Below are positions 49,794-60,989 of a stretch of 64,000 nt of DNA, in pieces. The stretch is taken from NCBI GenBank assembly GCA_963793425.1, contig CAWCAG010000001.1:192001-256000 (forward strand). Reading direction: 5' to 3'. Source of the stretch: an uncultured cyanobacterium (GTDB taxonomy: Bacteria; Cyanobacteriota; Cyanobacteriia; Cyanobacteriales; CAWCAG01). Positions within the stretch are counted from its first letter, which is position 1. Each line of letters begins with the position of its first letter. The notes under the pieces are model-generated. The model saw only the letters and a list, made by a program, of their open reading frames with translations. It was not told the origin of the DNA and did no database searches. A program made the translations under genes and the position numbers.

Positions 49794-50948
49794 TTAACTC
49801 CTCTGATACATATCTAGAAATACTTGAATAATTCCAACCATAGCAGCGATCGCAATTACACTGATGGGTAACAAATTCTGACCGGCAATTGCAACAACCA
49901 GCATAGTAGCCATTGCTGCTAACCGGTGTTTGGTACGAGCCTTGCAGTAGAAGATTACTCCAGTACGATGGAGAATTGCTAAGGAGAAAAAGCACAAGGC
50001 GACTGAACCGCAAAGTAACCAACGTTCGGGAGAAGGTAGGGGCAGTTTGGCGGGGCTGGATAAAGCGTGTTCTACGCCAACTCCTGTGGCTGCGAGGCCG
50101 ATTACTAAAGGAAGATGAATATAGAGCCAAATTTGTAAAACAGCAATGCGTTTGGAGTTTTTGACGGCTTGGAGTGCGCTACCACCAACATTTTCAAAGT
50201 AAATCCACCAAAGACTAAAAGCAACGGTGAAGCCTCCCATAGCAGTAAGGGCGCTCATTCCTTGCCATTCCATTTCTGCTACTCCATTAACTACAGCAAT
50301 AATTGCTTCCCCCAAAACAATGATGGTGAATAGCCCAAATCGTTCTGGTAAATGTTCTGTGTGGGGAAGAAGTTGAACTTGAAATTTACCTGCACTCAAG
50401 GGTGTAGCGAAATCGACGATTAAGCCTAGAACCCAAAATAGGAACCGCCAGGGTAGGGGAATGAAAACGGAAATTAGCCAGAGGCAAGCGGCGATCGCAA
50501 AACCTTTAGCATAGTAGATTGCTAAACCTCGTGCTTGGGGAATATGCCACCCAGCCCAAAGATATTCAAAGACTAAAACCAGTCTGGCAATCGCGTAGGC
50601 TAAAGCAAAGCCCCCAGAAGTAGAACCTAAGCCATCATGAACATTAACGGCCAGGGCCGCCATAGCTAGCATTTGTATGCCGATTAGTAAGCGCCGGACA
50701 ATGTTATCGCTATCAAAACGGTTAGCATAAAAAGTAGTACCAATCCACGCCCACCAAACCGGAATGAAGAGTACTACGAACTCAAAAAAACCTTGGGGAG
50801 AAACTTGCTTGCTGAGATGATGGGCAAGTTGAGAGATGGCTACAACAAAGACTAAATCATAAAATAATTCTAGCCAAGTTGCATGACGAGGTTCATTTTC
50901 TTGATCTTCATTGATACGTAGGCGAGGAGGTTGCAACCAGCTTTTCAT
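49794..50948 (-). CDS. Low temperature requirement protein A (LtrA) family
   Basis: TWLELFYDLVFV, HLPERFGLFTIIVLGE. Confidence 0.92.
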   Translation of the reverse strand: MKSWLQPPRLRINEDQENEPRHATWLELFYDLVFVVAISQLAHHLSKQVSPQGFFEFVVLFIPVWWAWIGTTFYANRFDSDNIVRRLLIGIQMLAMAALAVNVHDGLGSTSGGFALAYAIARLVLVFEYLWAGWHIPQARGLAIYYAKGFAIAACLWLISVFIPLPWRFLFWVLGLIVDFATPLSAGKFQVQLLPHTEHLPERFGLFTIIVLGEAIIAVVNGVAEMEWQGMSALTAMGGFTVAFSLWWIYFENVGGSALQAVKNSKRIAVLQIWLYIHLPLVIGLAATGVGVEHALSSPAKLPLPSPERWLLCGSVALCFFSLAILHRTGVIFYCKARTKHRLAAMATMLVVAIAGQNLLPISVIAIAAMVGIIQVFLDMYQRS

Positions 50949-50983
50949 ACAAAATAAGGAAGTAATCAGTGATCAATACGTTA

Positions 50984-51700
50984 TTACCTACTCAAGGTTA
51001 CAACCTCACCAATAACCATCACCGTAGGAGAAAGAGTAACACCTTGAGTTTGTTCTACTATGGTTGCTAAGCTTCCTTGCCAAATTTCTTGGTTGGGGCG
51101 ATCGCAATTACGTATAATCGCAATGGGGAAATTAGCAGAGCGGCCATTTTCTTGTAATTTTTGGACAATAATTCCTAAATTACGTCCCCCCATCAAAATT
51201 ACTAAAGTATCCAGGCGAGACAAAGCTTCCCAGTTTAATAATTCTGGATCATGAGCGCTCATCACCGCAAAACAACTACTTAAATCCTTATCTGTTAAAG
51301 GTATACCTGCGAGTAAAGGTGCAGCAAGGGCAGAAGAAAGGCCGGGAATCGCCTCAAACTGACAACCTCCTTCTTTTAGGGCTGTCATTTCTGGTTGGGC
51401 GCGACCGAAAATAAAGGGATCTCCGCTTTTCAGGCGGACAACTTGCTTACCTTGTTGGCAATAATCTACTAGTAACTGATTAATTTTAGCTTGGGGAGTA
51501 CTAGGACGGCTGCCTCGCTTGCCCACATCTAACTTCACACAAAAAGGTGGTACTAACTCCAAAAGCTGGGGATCTATTAAAGCATCATAAACTAAAACCT
51601 CTGCTTGCTCTAATAGCTCTTTCCCCCGCCACGTAAGGTAAGCAAGGCTGCCAGGGCCAGCCCCCAATAAATAAACTTTGCCGTATTTATCCTTTGTCAT
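50984..51700 (-). CDS. cobA: Uroporphyrinogen-III C-methyltransferase
   Basis: VYLLGAGPG, VVRLKSGDPFIFGR. Confidence 0.9.
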   Translation of the reverse strand: MTKDKYGKVYLLGAGPGSLAYLTWRGKELLEQAEVLVYDALIDPQLLELVPPFCVKLDVGKRGSRPSTPQAKINQLLVDYCQQGKQVVRLKSGDPFIFGRAQPEMTALKEGGCQFEAIPGLSSALAAPLLAGIPLTDKDLSSCFAVMSAHDPELLNWEALSRLDTLVILMGGRNLGIIVQKLQENGRSANFPIAIIRNCDRPNQEIWQGSLATIVEQTQGVTLSPTVMVIGEVVTLSR

Positions 51701-51750
51701 AAGTAATCAAGATTAAGATAGATTCATAGCAAAACAAAAGCGAAGACCTA

Positions 51751-53028
51751 ATGACTTCAACCCTGCTCAAATCTCCACCTCTAAATGCTCCTACAGTCCG
51801 TAAATTGCCTAATGGTTTAACTATTGTGGCAGAGCAAATGTCTGTAGATGCTGTTAACTTAAACGTCTGGTTTAATGTTGGTTCCGCTTTAGAGTCTGAT
51901 GCTATCAATGGTATGGCCCATTTTTTGGAACATATGATCTTTAAAGGTACATCTCGCTTAAAGTGCGGTGAATTTGAACGCTTGATTGAAGAACGAGGGG
52001 CCGTTACCAACGCTGCTACTAGCCAAGATTATACACATTACTATATAACCACTGCACCTAAAGATTTTGCGACCTTAGCACCTCTGCAACTTGAGGTGGT
52101 GATGAATCCTAGTATTCCGGATGAAGACTTTGCTAAAGAGCGTTTGGTAGTCTTGGAAGAGATTCGCCGTTCCCAAGATAATCCTGGTCGTCGCACCTAT
52201 CATCGTGCTATGGAAACTTGTTTTGCTGAGTTGCCTTATAGTCGTCACGTTTTGGGGTCTGCGGAGGTAATTGAAAAGCTTCAACCACAACAAATGCGAG
52301 ATTTTCATAGCTCTTGGTATCAACCCCAGTCTATGACGGCTGCGGTGGTAGGTAATTTACCTGTGGAGGAATTAATTGCTATTGTTACTGAGGGCTTACC
52401 CACCTTAGATCGTCCTTTTCCATCGATTCCTACCCGTCCTCAGTTAGAGCCAGAAAGTCCCTTTGTAGGCATTGTACGCAAAGAAGCCGTAGAAGAAAGA
52501 TTGCAGCAGGCGCGATTAGTTATGGGCTGGCGAGTGCCAGGTATGGCTCAATTAGAGGAAACTTATCCTTTGGATGTATTAGCAGTAATTTTAGGACAAG
52601 GAAAACTTTCACGACTATTTAGGGATTTGCGTGAAGAGCGAGGTTTAGTCTCTCATATCGGAGCAAGTAACTTAACCTACGCCCTGCAAGGAGTGTTTTA
52701 TATTTCTGCCCTCTTACCTTCAGAAAACCTCCCGGAAGTTGAACAGGCGATCGCCCAACATATCGACAAGTTACAAACTGAATTAGTAGCATCAGCAGAT
52801 ATTGAACGCATCCGCACCTTAGTAGCAAATCGTTTTATTTTCGGGAATGAGAAACCTAGCGCCCGTGCTAACCTTTATGGTTACTACCAATCTCAGTTAG
52901 GAGATTTAGCCCCGGCTATGGATTATACCGAGAAGATTCGTGCTTTGGAACCAGAAGATTTACAAAGGGCCGCACAACGCTATTTAAGTAAAGATGCTTA
53001 TGGAGTTGTAGCGGTAAAACCAGCTTAG
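51751..53028 (+). CDS. M16 family zinc peptidase
   Basis: HFLEH inverted zincin motif, NAATS. Confidence 0.92.
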   Translation: MTSTLLKSPPLNAPTVRKLPNGLTIVAEQMSVDAVNLNVWFNVGSALESDAINGMAHFLEHMIFKGTSRLKCGEFERLIEERGAVTNAATSQDYTHYYITTAPKDFATLAPLQLEVVMNPSIPDEDFAKERLVVLEEIRRSQDNPGRRTYHRAMETCFAELPYSRHVLGSAEVIEKLQPQQMRDFHSSWYQPQSMTAAVVGNLPVEELIAIVTEGLPTLDRPFPSIPTRPQLEPESPFVGIVRKEAVEERLQQARLVMGWRVPGMAQLEETYPLDVLAVILGQGKLSRLFRDLREERGLVSHIGASNLTYALQGVFYISALLPSENLPEVEQAIAQHIDKLQTELVASADIERIRTLVANRFIFGNEKPSARANLYGYYQSQLGDLAPAMDYTEKIRALEPEDLQRAAQRYLSKDAYGVVAVKPA

Positions 53029-53064
53029 AAATTAGGTGTAGTATTATGCCATCATTTCAAGACA

Positions 53065-53123
53065 GGCGACCCAATCAAAACTCTGATTTGTCGATAATTT
53101 TTGGAAAATTGGTCGCCCCTACA
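53065..53123. repeat. REP-like inverted repeat
   Basis: GGCGACCCAAT...AATTGGTCGCCCCTAC. Confidence 0.7.
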
Positions 53124-53168
53124 ACTGATCATTGTAAGGCTTTGCCGTTGTCGTAGACATCATTGAGT

Positions 53169-54035
53169 ATGTGGAACAAAATTGCTGAACATATTTCCCA
53201 AGTTACGGGAGAGGCATTTACGATTAGTAATCAGCGCTCTGTGAGCGGAGGCTGTATCAATCAGGGTTATGCCATTAAAGATGATAATCGTACTTATTTC
53301 GTTAAGCTGAATCAAGCTTCCCAAGTAGAAATGTTTGCGGCGGAAGCTTTGGGCTTAAAGCAAATGTATGCGACTAAGACGATCCGCATTCCTCAACCGA
53401 TTTGTTGGGGTAGTGCGGGTTCTTCTGCCTATATAGTTATGGAGTGGCTGGATCTTGGTCGTGGCGGCGGCAATGAAGCTTGGCAAGCAATGGGGAAGCA
53501 GTTAGCCCAGATGCACCGAATTGGCAAAGCAGACAAGTTTGGTTGGGAACGTCACAATACTATCGGCTCTACCCCCCAAATCAATACCTGGGGTGAGGAT
53601 TGGGCAGAATTTTTTGCTGAACAGCGCATTGGTTATCAATTACAGTTGGCAAATAAACGGGGAGGTAACTTCCCTAATCCAGAACGAGTAGTTGCAGCAG
53701 TAAGAGAATCATTAGCTAGTTTAGAACCCCAACCTTCTTTGGTACATGGGGATTTGTGGTCAGGAAATGCTGCTGTCACGAATTCAGGGGAACCTGTTAT
53801 TTTAGATCCGGCTACTTACTACGGCGATCGCGAAGTTGATATTGCTATGACGGAATTATTCGGTGGTTTTCCTAGGGCTTTTTACCAGGGTTATAACCAA
53901 GAGTGGGGCCTCGATTCTGGTTATCAAGAACGCAAAACCCTTTATAACCTTTACCACGTCCTTAACCATTTCAATCTTTTTGGTGGCAGTTATGGTTCCC
54001 AAGCCAGTCGCATCATCAAGGAGATTTTGGTATAA
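53169..54035 (+). CDS. Fructosamine kinase family protein
   Basis: GGCIN, FVKLN, HGDLWSGN, DPATYYGDREVD. Confidence 0.92.
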   Translation: MWNKIAEHISQVTGEAFTISNQRSVSGGCINQGYAIKDDNRTYFVKLNQASQVEMFAAEALGLKQMYATKTIRIPQPICWGSAGSSAYIVMEWLDLGRGGGNEAWQAMGKQLAQMHRIGKADKFGWERHNTIGSTPQINTWGEDWAEFFAEQRIGYQLQLANKRGGNFPNPERVVAAVRESLASLEPQPSLVHGDLWSGNAAVTNSGEPVILDPATYYGDREVDIAMTELFGGFPRAFYQGYNQEWGLDSGYQERKTLYNLYHVLNHFNLFGGSYGSQASRIIKEILV

Positions 54036-54229
54036 ACACTTAAGCAATAACTTGCAGGTAGCTGATAATTAGTCTACAATTGTTTAAAGATAAAATAAAG
54101 ATGCGATCGCAATCACCAGGTTGTGTGTATTAGTAACACTTAGGTTAAGTACTTACTATCACTACTTTTTTTACTCAAGTGAGAGATATTAAATATAGTT
54201 TCCTAAGAAACCTCAACCGAATTAAGATT

Positions 54230-54448
54230 ATGCTTCCTTACGTTCAGCTCATTCCCGGCTCTATTTCAGAAATTCTTGTTTCTGCCAACGAAACAGGTAC
54301 TATAACTTTAGCCGACCGCTACGGGCTTATGGCCGCTGCTTTAGATGATTCTTTAGAAGAAGATGAAAGGCGTTCAGTCAATCGTCTGCTGCGGGCTATT
54401 ATGAGAGGCAAGATCAAGGTTTCTCAAGAATTATCTGTGACAGAATAA
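54230..54448 (+). CDS. Small hypothetical protein (ADRYGLMAA family)
   Basis: Paralog of 38533-38751; ATG 54230. Confidence 0.8.
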   Translation: MLPYVQLIPGSISEILVSANETGTITLADRYGLMAAALDDSLEEDERRSVNRLLRAIMRGKIKVSQELSVTE

Positions 54449-54471
54449 GCTAACATTGCTGCGGATTAGTC

Positions 54472-54684
54472 ATGGAATTGATTATTTTTATTGCTGCGGT
54501 AATCGTCGCGTGGCTTGTATTTAACTTATTAGTCAAAATTGTTAAAACTAGCATCAAAACAGCAGTAACAGTAGCCATAATCGTCTTAATTTTACAACTA
54601 ATATTGGGTATTGGGCCACAAGACTTATGGCAAGCAATAGTTAGTCTCCCTGAAACCGTAGAAAACTTTCTGAACCCCAATTAG
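54472..54684 (+). CDS. Small membrane protein
   Basis: Two TM helices, GIGPQDLW. Confidence 0.75.
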   Translation: MELIIFIAAVIVAWLVFNLLVKIVKTSIKTAVTVAIIVLILQLILGIGPQDLWQAIVSLPETVENFLNPN

Positions 54685-54810
54685 CTACGTAATTGGATAG
54701 AGGTTTTACCGGAAGGGAGAAGAGGCGACTTTTATCTTTCTCATCTCGGCAACGAACAATAAATCGAGTAACCTAGATAAGATCCCTCACTTTTTTCAAA
54801 CGCAAACTAA

Positions 54811-56088
<1,278 letters not shown>

Positions 56089-56108
56089 AATTAGCTATTA
56101 ATTAAAAG

Positions 56109-56137
56109 AAGAGACGTTTACTTTGAACGTCTCTTTT
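56109..56137 (+). terminator. Intrinsic terminator after ahcY
   Basis: AAGAGACGTT-N-AACGTCTCTTTT. Confidence 0.8.
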
Positions 56138-56158
56138 CAGTTTATTCAGAGTTCTTAA

Positions 56159-56296
56159 TTAAGAAACTTTCTTTTTCTTTGAGGTAGAAATAGCACCAAC
56201 AGTACCTAAAGCTAACAAAGCAAGAACAGAAGCTGGTTCGGGGACAGTTTCTACCTGGTTAGCAACAGTAGAAGCAGAACTAAACAAACCAGGTTC
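56159..56296 (-). pseudogene. Orphan PEP-CTERM sorting tail
   Basis: ...QVETVPEPASVLALLALGTVGAISTSKKKKVS*; in-frame stop immediately upstream. Confidence 0.75.
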
Positions 56297-56530
56297 TCAT
56301 AATATTTTTGCTTATTTATACTTAGCTTTCTAGTTAAACTATGCCTCTGAGTTTAACTCCCCAACTTTACGAGTGGCTTCGGCCAAATGTCGTAGACGAA
56401 GATAGGGTTATTACTGAAGTGATTTAAAGGAAATAGTCTCGTAAAAAGTCAAAACCTTACAAACAAAATTATTTCTTTTTTCTTTTACCTGAAGATTGAC
56501 GAGATTTCTTCTTTTTAGTATTCTCCTGAG

Positions 56531-56905
56531 TTAAACCAAAGCCTTTTCAATAATCTTGATTGTTTTTACTGCTTTTAAATCTACACCAAATAGAGTACAA
56601 AGGGTAGGAAAATCATCTCTGAACCAGTCATCATCTTCATTATTCAATAAGCCTAATATTGGTTCAAAAGCCTCTAAAGCTTTAAGCTGCCCTAATGCAC
56701 GCCAAGCATGAAGTGTACACCAAACTTCTGGACTATCTGATTTGGCTTGGTTAAGTTCTTCATCTGTGACCATTTTGATCAGTTCACTTATATGTTCCTG
56801 TCCTAAATTGAGTTCCTGAACATAATCTGGCCATTCTTGATTGGCTTGGCATTCCCCGTAATTAATTAACTCTGCCACAGGAGGTTGATATTTAGAGATG
56901 CTCAT
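56531..56905 (-). pseudogene. DUF1186/HEAT-like protein, probably 3'-truncated
   Basis: YQPPVAEL, EHISELI, LHAWRALGQLKA, DDW; loses family character after LFG. Confidence 0.55.
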
Positions 56906-56994
56906 TTATTAACTTCCTCTGATTCGGTGTTTAAGCACTTTTCTACCTAACTCTTTCTCAGCAACTTTAGAGCAAATCTGGTTACTAAAAAACT

Positions 56995-57699
56995 TTAACT
57001 TTCTTGGCTTTCACTGATAGATTCAATTGGATTCTTCTCAGAAAAACCCCAGAAGAAAATTCCTGCTATGGCAACAATCATTAACCACTCTGGAGGAACT
57101 AATTCAGGATCGATCGCCCGAACCAATAAACGCAAACCGACTAATCCTACTGTGATATAACCGGCTGTTTCTAAATGAGTAAATATATCTAACCACTGGA
57201 TAAATAACCCAGCTAAAAATCTGAGGATAATTACACCTATAGTTCCCCCAATAATAACTAACCAAATTTGGTCAGAAATAGCGATCGCGGTAGTGACACT
57301 ATCTAGAGAGAAAGCCAAATCTGTTACGGCAATCATAGGGATCGCTTGCCATAATGAGACAAACTTCGGCCCATGTAATATTTCACTATCATCTTCATTA
57401 GAAGTAAAATAGTTAAAGACTAACCAAAGCAAATATAATGCTCCGATCACCTCAAACTGCCAGTATTGAATTACCCAAGTAGCTGTGAGGATGAGGATGA
57501 TACGAAGAACATAGGACGCTACTAGACCGAAATTGAGGGCCTTACGCTGGAGTTGCTTATCTTCAAAACCTTGGGCAATGGAGGCTAGGGCAATGGCGTT
57601 GTCTGCTGATAATACCGCTTCTAAGGCAATGAGAATAAATAAAATTAAAGGAGCTTCAATGCCTATATCGAGAGGAGAATTAAGAAGTGAGTCTAGCAT
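56995..57699 (-). CDS. TerC family membrane protein
   Basis: LEAVLSADNA, DLAFSLDSV. Confidence 0.92.
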   Translation of the reverse strand: MLDSLLNSPLDIGIEAPLILFILIALEAVLSADNAIALASIAQGFEDKQLQRKALNFGLVASYVLRIILILTATWVIQYWQFEVIGALYLLWLVFNYFTSNEDDSEILHGPKFVSLWQAIPMIAVTDLAFSLDSVTTAIAISDQIWLVIIGGTIGVIILRFLAGLFIQWLDIFTHLETAGYITVGLVGLRLLVRAIDPELVPPEWLMIVAIAGIFFWGFSEKNPIESISESQES

Positions 57700-57745
57700 T
57701 AAAAGTTTTTGATGGCGAGTTAAAAATATTCATGTAAATAATGTT

Positions 57746-57799
57746 ACCTTACTCCTTACTCCTTACTCCTTGCTCCCTGCTCTCTGCTCTCTACTGCCC
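57746..57799. repeat. Degenerate STRR heptamer array (CTTACTC / CTGCTCT)
   Basis: CCTTACT x3 then (C/T)CTGCTC-like units. Confidence 0.7.
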
Positions 57800-57891
57800 A
57801 TTTTATGTATTCTTGTTACAGAATGTTTCGCAAATGGCAGTTGATAGCGCAAATTAGGAAAATAAACTCGAAGAATTAGGAGTTATTTATT

Positions 57892-57990
57892 ATGGGTTTA
57901 TCAGACACTCAAGTTTTCATCGCTTTGGCTATTGCCTTAGTACCAGGCATCCTTGCCTTGCGTTTGTCTACGGAACTGTACAAATCCTGA
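57892..57990 (+). CDS. psaM: Photosystem I reaction centre subunit XII
   Basis: [40 protein letters not shown]; below the ORF-track cutoff. Confidence 0.95.
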   Translation: MGLSDTQVFIALAIALVPGILALRLSTELYKS

Positions 57991-58358
57991 GTTTGTTGAA
58001 ATAAACAACCGTTAGTTTCTACTTTGGAGAGGTTAAAGGAGTTGGTTGTCACTTGTTGAGACACTATTGCCAACAAGTCACTCACAACCACCTTAGCCTC
58101 TTAATTTTTTTTTGTCGAGTTTCGGTTAGAACCGAGCAAATTGCTGTAAATTGTCTGAATAAGCATCAATGTGCAAGCTACGGAATTGTCATTGTTACTG
58201 GTTAGTTCTATCCCGATTCTATATGAGCCTAGAGGAATTTTGCTTTTCAGGTTAGAAAGCTAGCCACTGCGTACTGATTTTTTATCGCGATTTTTATTTT
58301 TACTAACCGTTTTGTAGTGGCCAGCAACGCACTCGCGAAAACTCGACTTTAAATTATA

Positions 58359-58724
58359 ATGAACGCACTTAGATCCCCAGAACCAACTCCAGTAAAAAAA
58401 CGTCCTTTGAAGACTAGACGCAAAAAGCTTCCTCAGCGTCAGCCTCAAGGTGCTATTGCTGCCGAGATAGCAGTAAAAGTACTAGCCAATGCTATTTTAT
58501 CTGTGGCGGCGATTACAGCATTAATTAAGCTTTTACCCCATCACTTTTCTCAACAATCTAAATTCAGTGATGTTAAGCAAGAAGCAAATCGTACGGAAAA
58601 ACGAGTCCAAGCTTTGCGGGAAAAATTGGAGTATACCCTGGGTACGGGTAATGAAGATGAAGTTATGAACTTACAAACTGGACTTAAAGATCCTGATAAG
58701 CTACCAGTAGTTTTTAATGACTAA
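58359..58724 (+). CDS. Slr1601-like TM/coiled-coil protein (septum-initiator-like)
   Basis: Basic N-terminus, one TM, coiled coil; downstream of psaM. Confidence 0.65.
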   Translation: MNALRSPEPTPVKKRPLKTRRKKLPQRQPQGAIAAEIAVKVLANAILSVAAITALIKLLPHHFSQQSKFSDVKQEANRTEKRVQALREKLEYTLGTGNEDEVMNLQTGLKDPDKLPVVFND

Positions 58725-58737
58725 ATATCTTCAGAAT

Positions 58738-59397
58738 TTAGGCAGTGAGGGGAGGGAGAAGTTCTTGTAGCCAAGGTTCAACGTTTTTGTTATACTGCCC
58801 GGAAGTTGATTCCTGAGCTAAAGAGCGTTGGTAATCAGCTACAGCACAATTCCAATCTCCCCTGAGATGGTAGCTGCGTCCTCTTTCGGCATAAATTCTT
58901 CCTTGCAAACGCTTTCCTAAGGCTAAAGCTAAATCAAAGTTCTCTATAGCTAAATCGTATAATCCTAACTGGCGAAAAGCGATCCCCTGGTTAATCCAAG
59001 CCCGAATATTACCAGGATTAAAATCTAAAGCAACTTCATAATCTTTTAAAGCCGCAGCTAAGTTACCTTGAGAGGCGTAGCAATTAGCACGGTTATTGTA
59101 GGCATTATCTAAGCGAGGGTTGATTTCTATAGCTTGAGAAAGATCCGCGATCGCCTCAGAGAGTTGACCATTTTTGCTATACATTAGCCCCCGATTATTA
59201 TAATTGCTGGCATTATGAGGATTGCGTTCAATTAGCTGGGTAAGAATGGTGATCGCAGTTTGATAGTCTCCCCGTGCCGCTTTTTCTTCTACTGTTGTTA
59301 GTAAAGTTCTCTCCGAGTTTGGTTGTTCTTGCTCTGGACAAAACTCCACCGGATATAATCTTTGGGAAACAGAATTTTTTAAGCTGTCAGCGTTCAT
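58738..59397 (-). CDS. TPR repeat protein
   Basis: YNNRG/AYNNRA/AWINQG TPR motifs. Confidence 0.9.
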   Translation of the reverse strand: MNADSLKNSVSQRLYPVEFCPEQEQPNSERTLLTTVEEKAARGDYQTAITILTQLIERNPHNASNYNNRGLMYSKNGQLSEAIADLSQAIEINPRLDNAYNNRANCYASQGNLAAALKDYEVALDFNPGNIRAWINQGIAFRQLGLYDLAIENFDLALALGKRLQGRIYAERGRSYHLRGDWNCAVADYQRSLAQESTSGQYNKNVEPWLQELLPPLTA

Positions 59398-59699
59398 AAT
59401 TTTTTTGATTAACTTTTTTATCCTAGATTCACCCTAGCTTTTATTTCCTGGTCGTGACTTGCTACCCTGTGTCACTCAATTAATCGTCTCAACCTTAGAG
59501 GTAATCGAGACTTTTATAGATGCTCAAAAAAACTACAACGATAGTTAAAAAGATTCCGCAAATTGCCTTAACAGGTCTTAACGCCAATAAGTTACCGTCG
59601 CCGTCATAGAATAGACTGGTAGAGAAATAGATAAAGACTTCCTACATAACAATATTGAGACTTTTAATCGCGATCGCCCTTACCTTGATAATTTGAAAT

Positions 59700-60161
59700 A
59701 TGACTGCAACTTTATTTCCTAATGCACCAGATGTTAGCCAAGAAGATTACTGCGTATTTGGTTTGGCTACCTGTTTTGTTCGAGATGATAGCGAAGTTCA
59801 TCAAGTAGAAGTGATTGAACCAATTCCTTCTTCTGCCCTAGAAGCTATCCTCAAAGGTATCCCTACTTCCTACAAATTCGCTTGTGCCAAAGTTATAGGA
59901 GATATATTTGGTGAAGAACAACTACAACTTCCCCCTGATTTTCCTAGTGGAACACGATTTTGTGATGATTTTGTGGAAAGGGCTGTAGCTAGTTCGCGTA
60001 CCTATAAAACTCGCCCAGAAGCTATGGTACACATTCCGATCGGAACCCTAAAAGATGATTTTAATTATTCCCTAGAAAGAAAAAGAGTCCTGAATATGAG
60101 TCGTGTTGTCTCCACTGACGATAACGTTAAGCAACATTCCCATACTCACCAAGTACTTTAA
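59700..60161 (+). CDS. Conserved cyanobacterial hypothetical protein
   Basis: GLATCF, IEPIPS, DNVKQHSHTH. Confidence 0.8.
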   Translation: MTATLFPNAPDVSQEDYCVFGLATCFVRDDSEVHQVEVIEPIPSSALEAILKGIPTSYKFACAKVIGDIFGEEQLQLPPDFPSGTRFCDDFVERAVASSRTYKTRPEAMVHIPIGTLKDDFNYSLERKRVLNMSRVVSTDDNVKQHSHTHQVL

Positions 60162-60176
60162 AATAACCTAATTACT

Positions 60177-60737
60177 ATGCTGAAATTATACGGTGCTGCC
60201 CGTAGTCGTGCTGCTATTGTTGAGTGGTATCTTGAAGAGTTAAATATTCCCTATGAATTCGTTTCTTTGGATCTCACCGCAGGGGAACAAAAAAAACCAG
60301 CATTTTTAGCCATTAATCCCATTGGTAAAGTTCCCGCCATTGTTGATGGGGATTTTCAACTTTGGGAATCTGGAGCCATTCTGCTTTATTTAGCTGAAAA
60401 ATACGGTAAGCTGCCTGAATCATTAGAAGAAAGGTCAAAGGTCAACCAATGGCTCTTATTTTCTAATGCCACTTTAGCCACTGGCATATTCGTAGAAGCT
60501 AACCGAGAAAAAGAAACTCCTCGCTTATTGACCCCTCTCAATGAGATTTTCCAAAAACAACCTTTCCTATTAGGAGACGAATTTAGCGTTGCTGATGTGG
60601 CAGTAGGTTCCACCCTAGGCTACATTCCCATTATGCTTAAGCTGGATATTAGTGATTATCCTGCTGTCGAGAATTACATCAAAAAAATGGCTCAACGCCC
60701 TGCCTTTCAAAAAGCGATCGGTAGTCGTTTTGGTTGA
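60177..60737 (+). CDS. Glutathione S-transferase
   Basis: INPIGKVP, ESGAILLYL, FSVADV. Confidence 0.93.
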   Translation: MLKLYGAARSRAAIVEWYLEELNIPYEFVSLDLTAGEQKKPAFLAINPIGKVPAIVDGDFQLWESGAILLYLAEKYGKLPESLEERSKVNQWLLFSNATLATGIFVEANREKETPRLLTPLNEIFQKQPFLLGDEFSVADVAVGSTLGYIPIMLKLDISDYPAVENYIKKMAQRPAFQKAIGSRFG

Positions 60738-60820
60738 CTAGACGGATTGATGGTAACTCGCTAACCTGGATGTGAGCAGATATTGCTTTTTATCTTTACT
60801 ACCTAACACCAATCATATTT

Positions 60821-60961
60821 ATGTCAGACCTAAATCGCGGCATCATGAAGTTCGACAATGCCGACAAACCTGTCGTTGTTGCTGTCTCCGCCGCCGTTAT
60901 CCTAAGCAGTATCCTTTTGCTAATTCTTTGGGCGCTTAGAGTTGCTTATATGGTTAATTAA
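60821..60961 (+). CDS. ndhQ: NDH-1 small subunit NdhQ
   Basis: MSDLNRGIMKFDNADKPVVVAVSAAVILSSILLLILWALRVAYMVN*; NRGIMKFD.AD.P + TM + WAL..AY matches NdhQ as I recall it; below the ORF-track cutoff. Confidence 0.85.
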   Translation: MSDLNRGIMKFDNADKPVVVAVSAAVILSSILLLILWALRVAYMVN

Positions 60962-60989
60962 AGTTTGGGGCGCTTTTGCCCCTTAACCT

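Noticed and set aside
54705..54755. SAH riboswitch upstream of ahcY
   Set aside because: A hairpin (GAGAAAGA/TCTTTCTC) exists, but I could not find the SAH consensus elements.
57909..58091. 60-aa minus-strand ORF
   Set aside because: Antisense to psaM.
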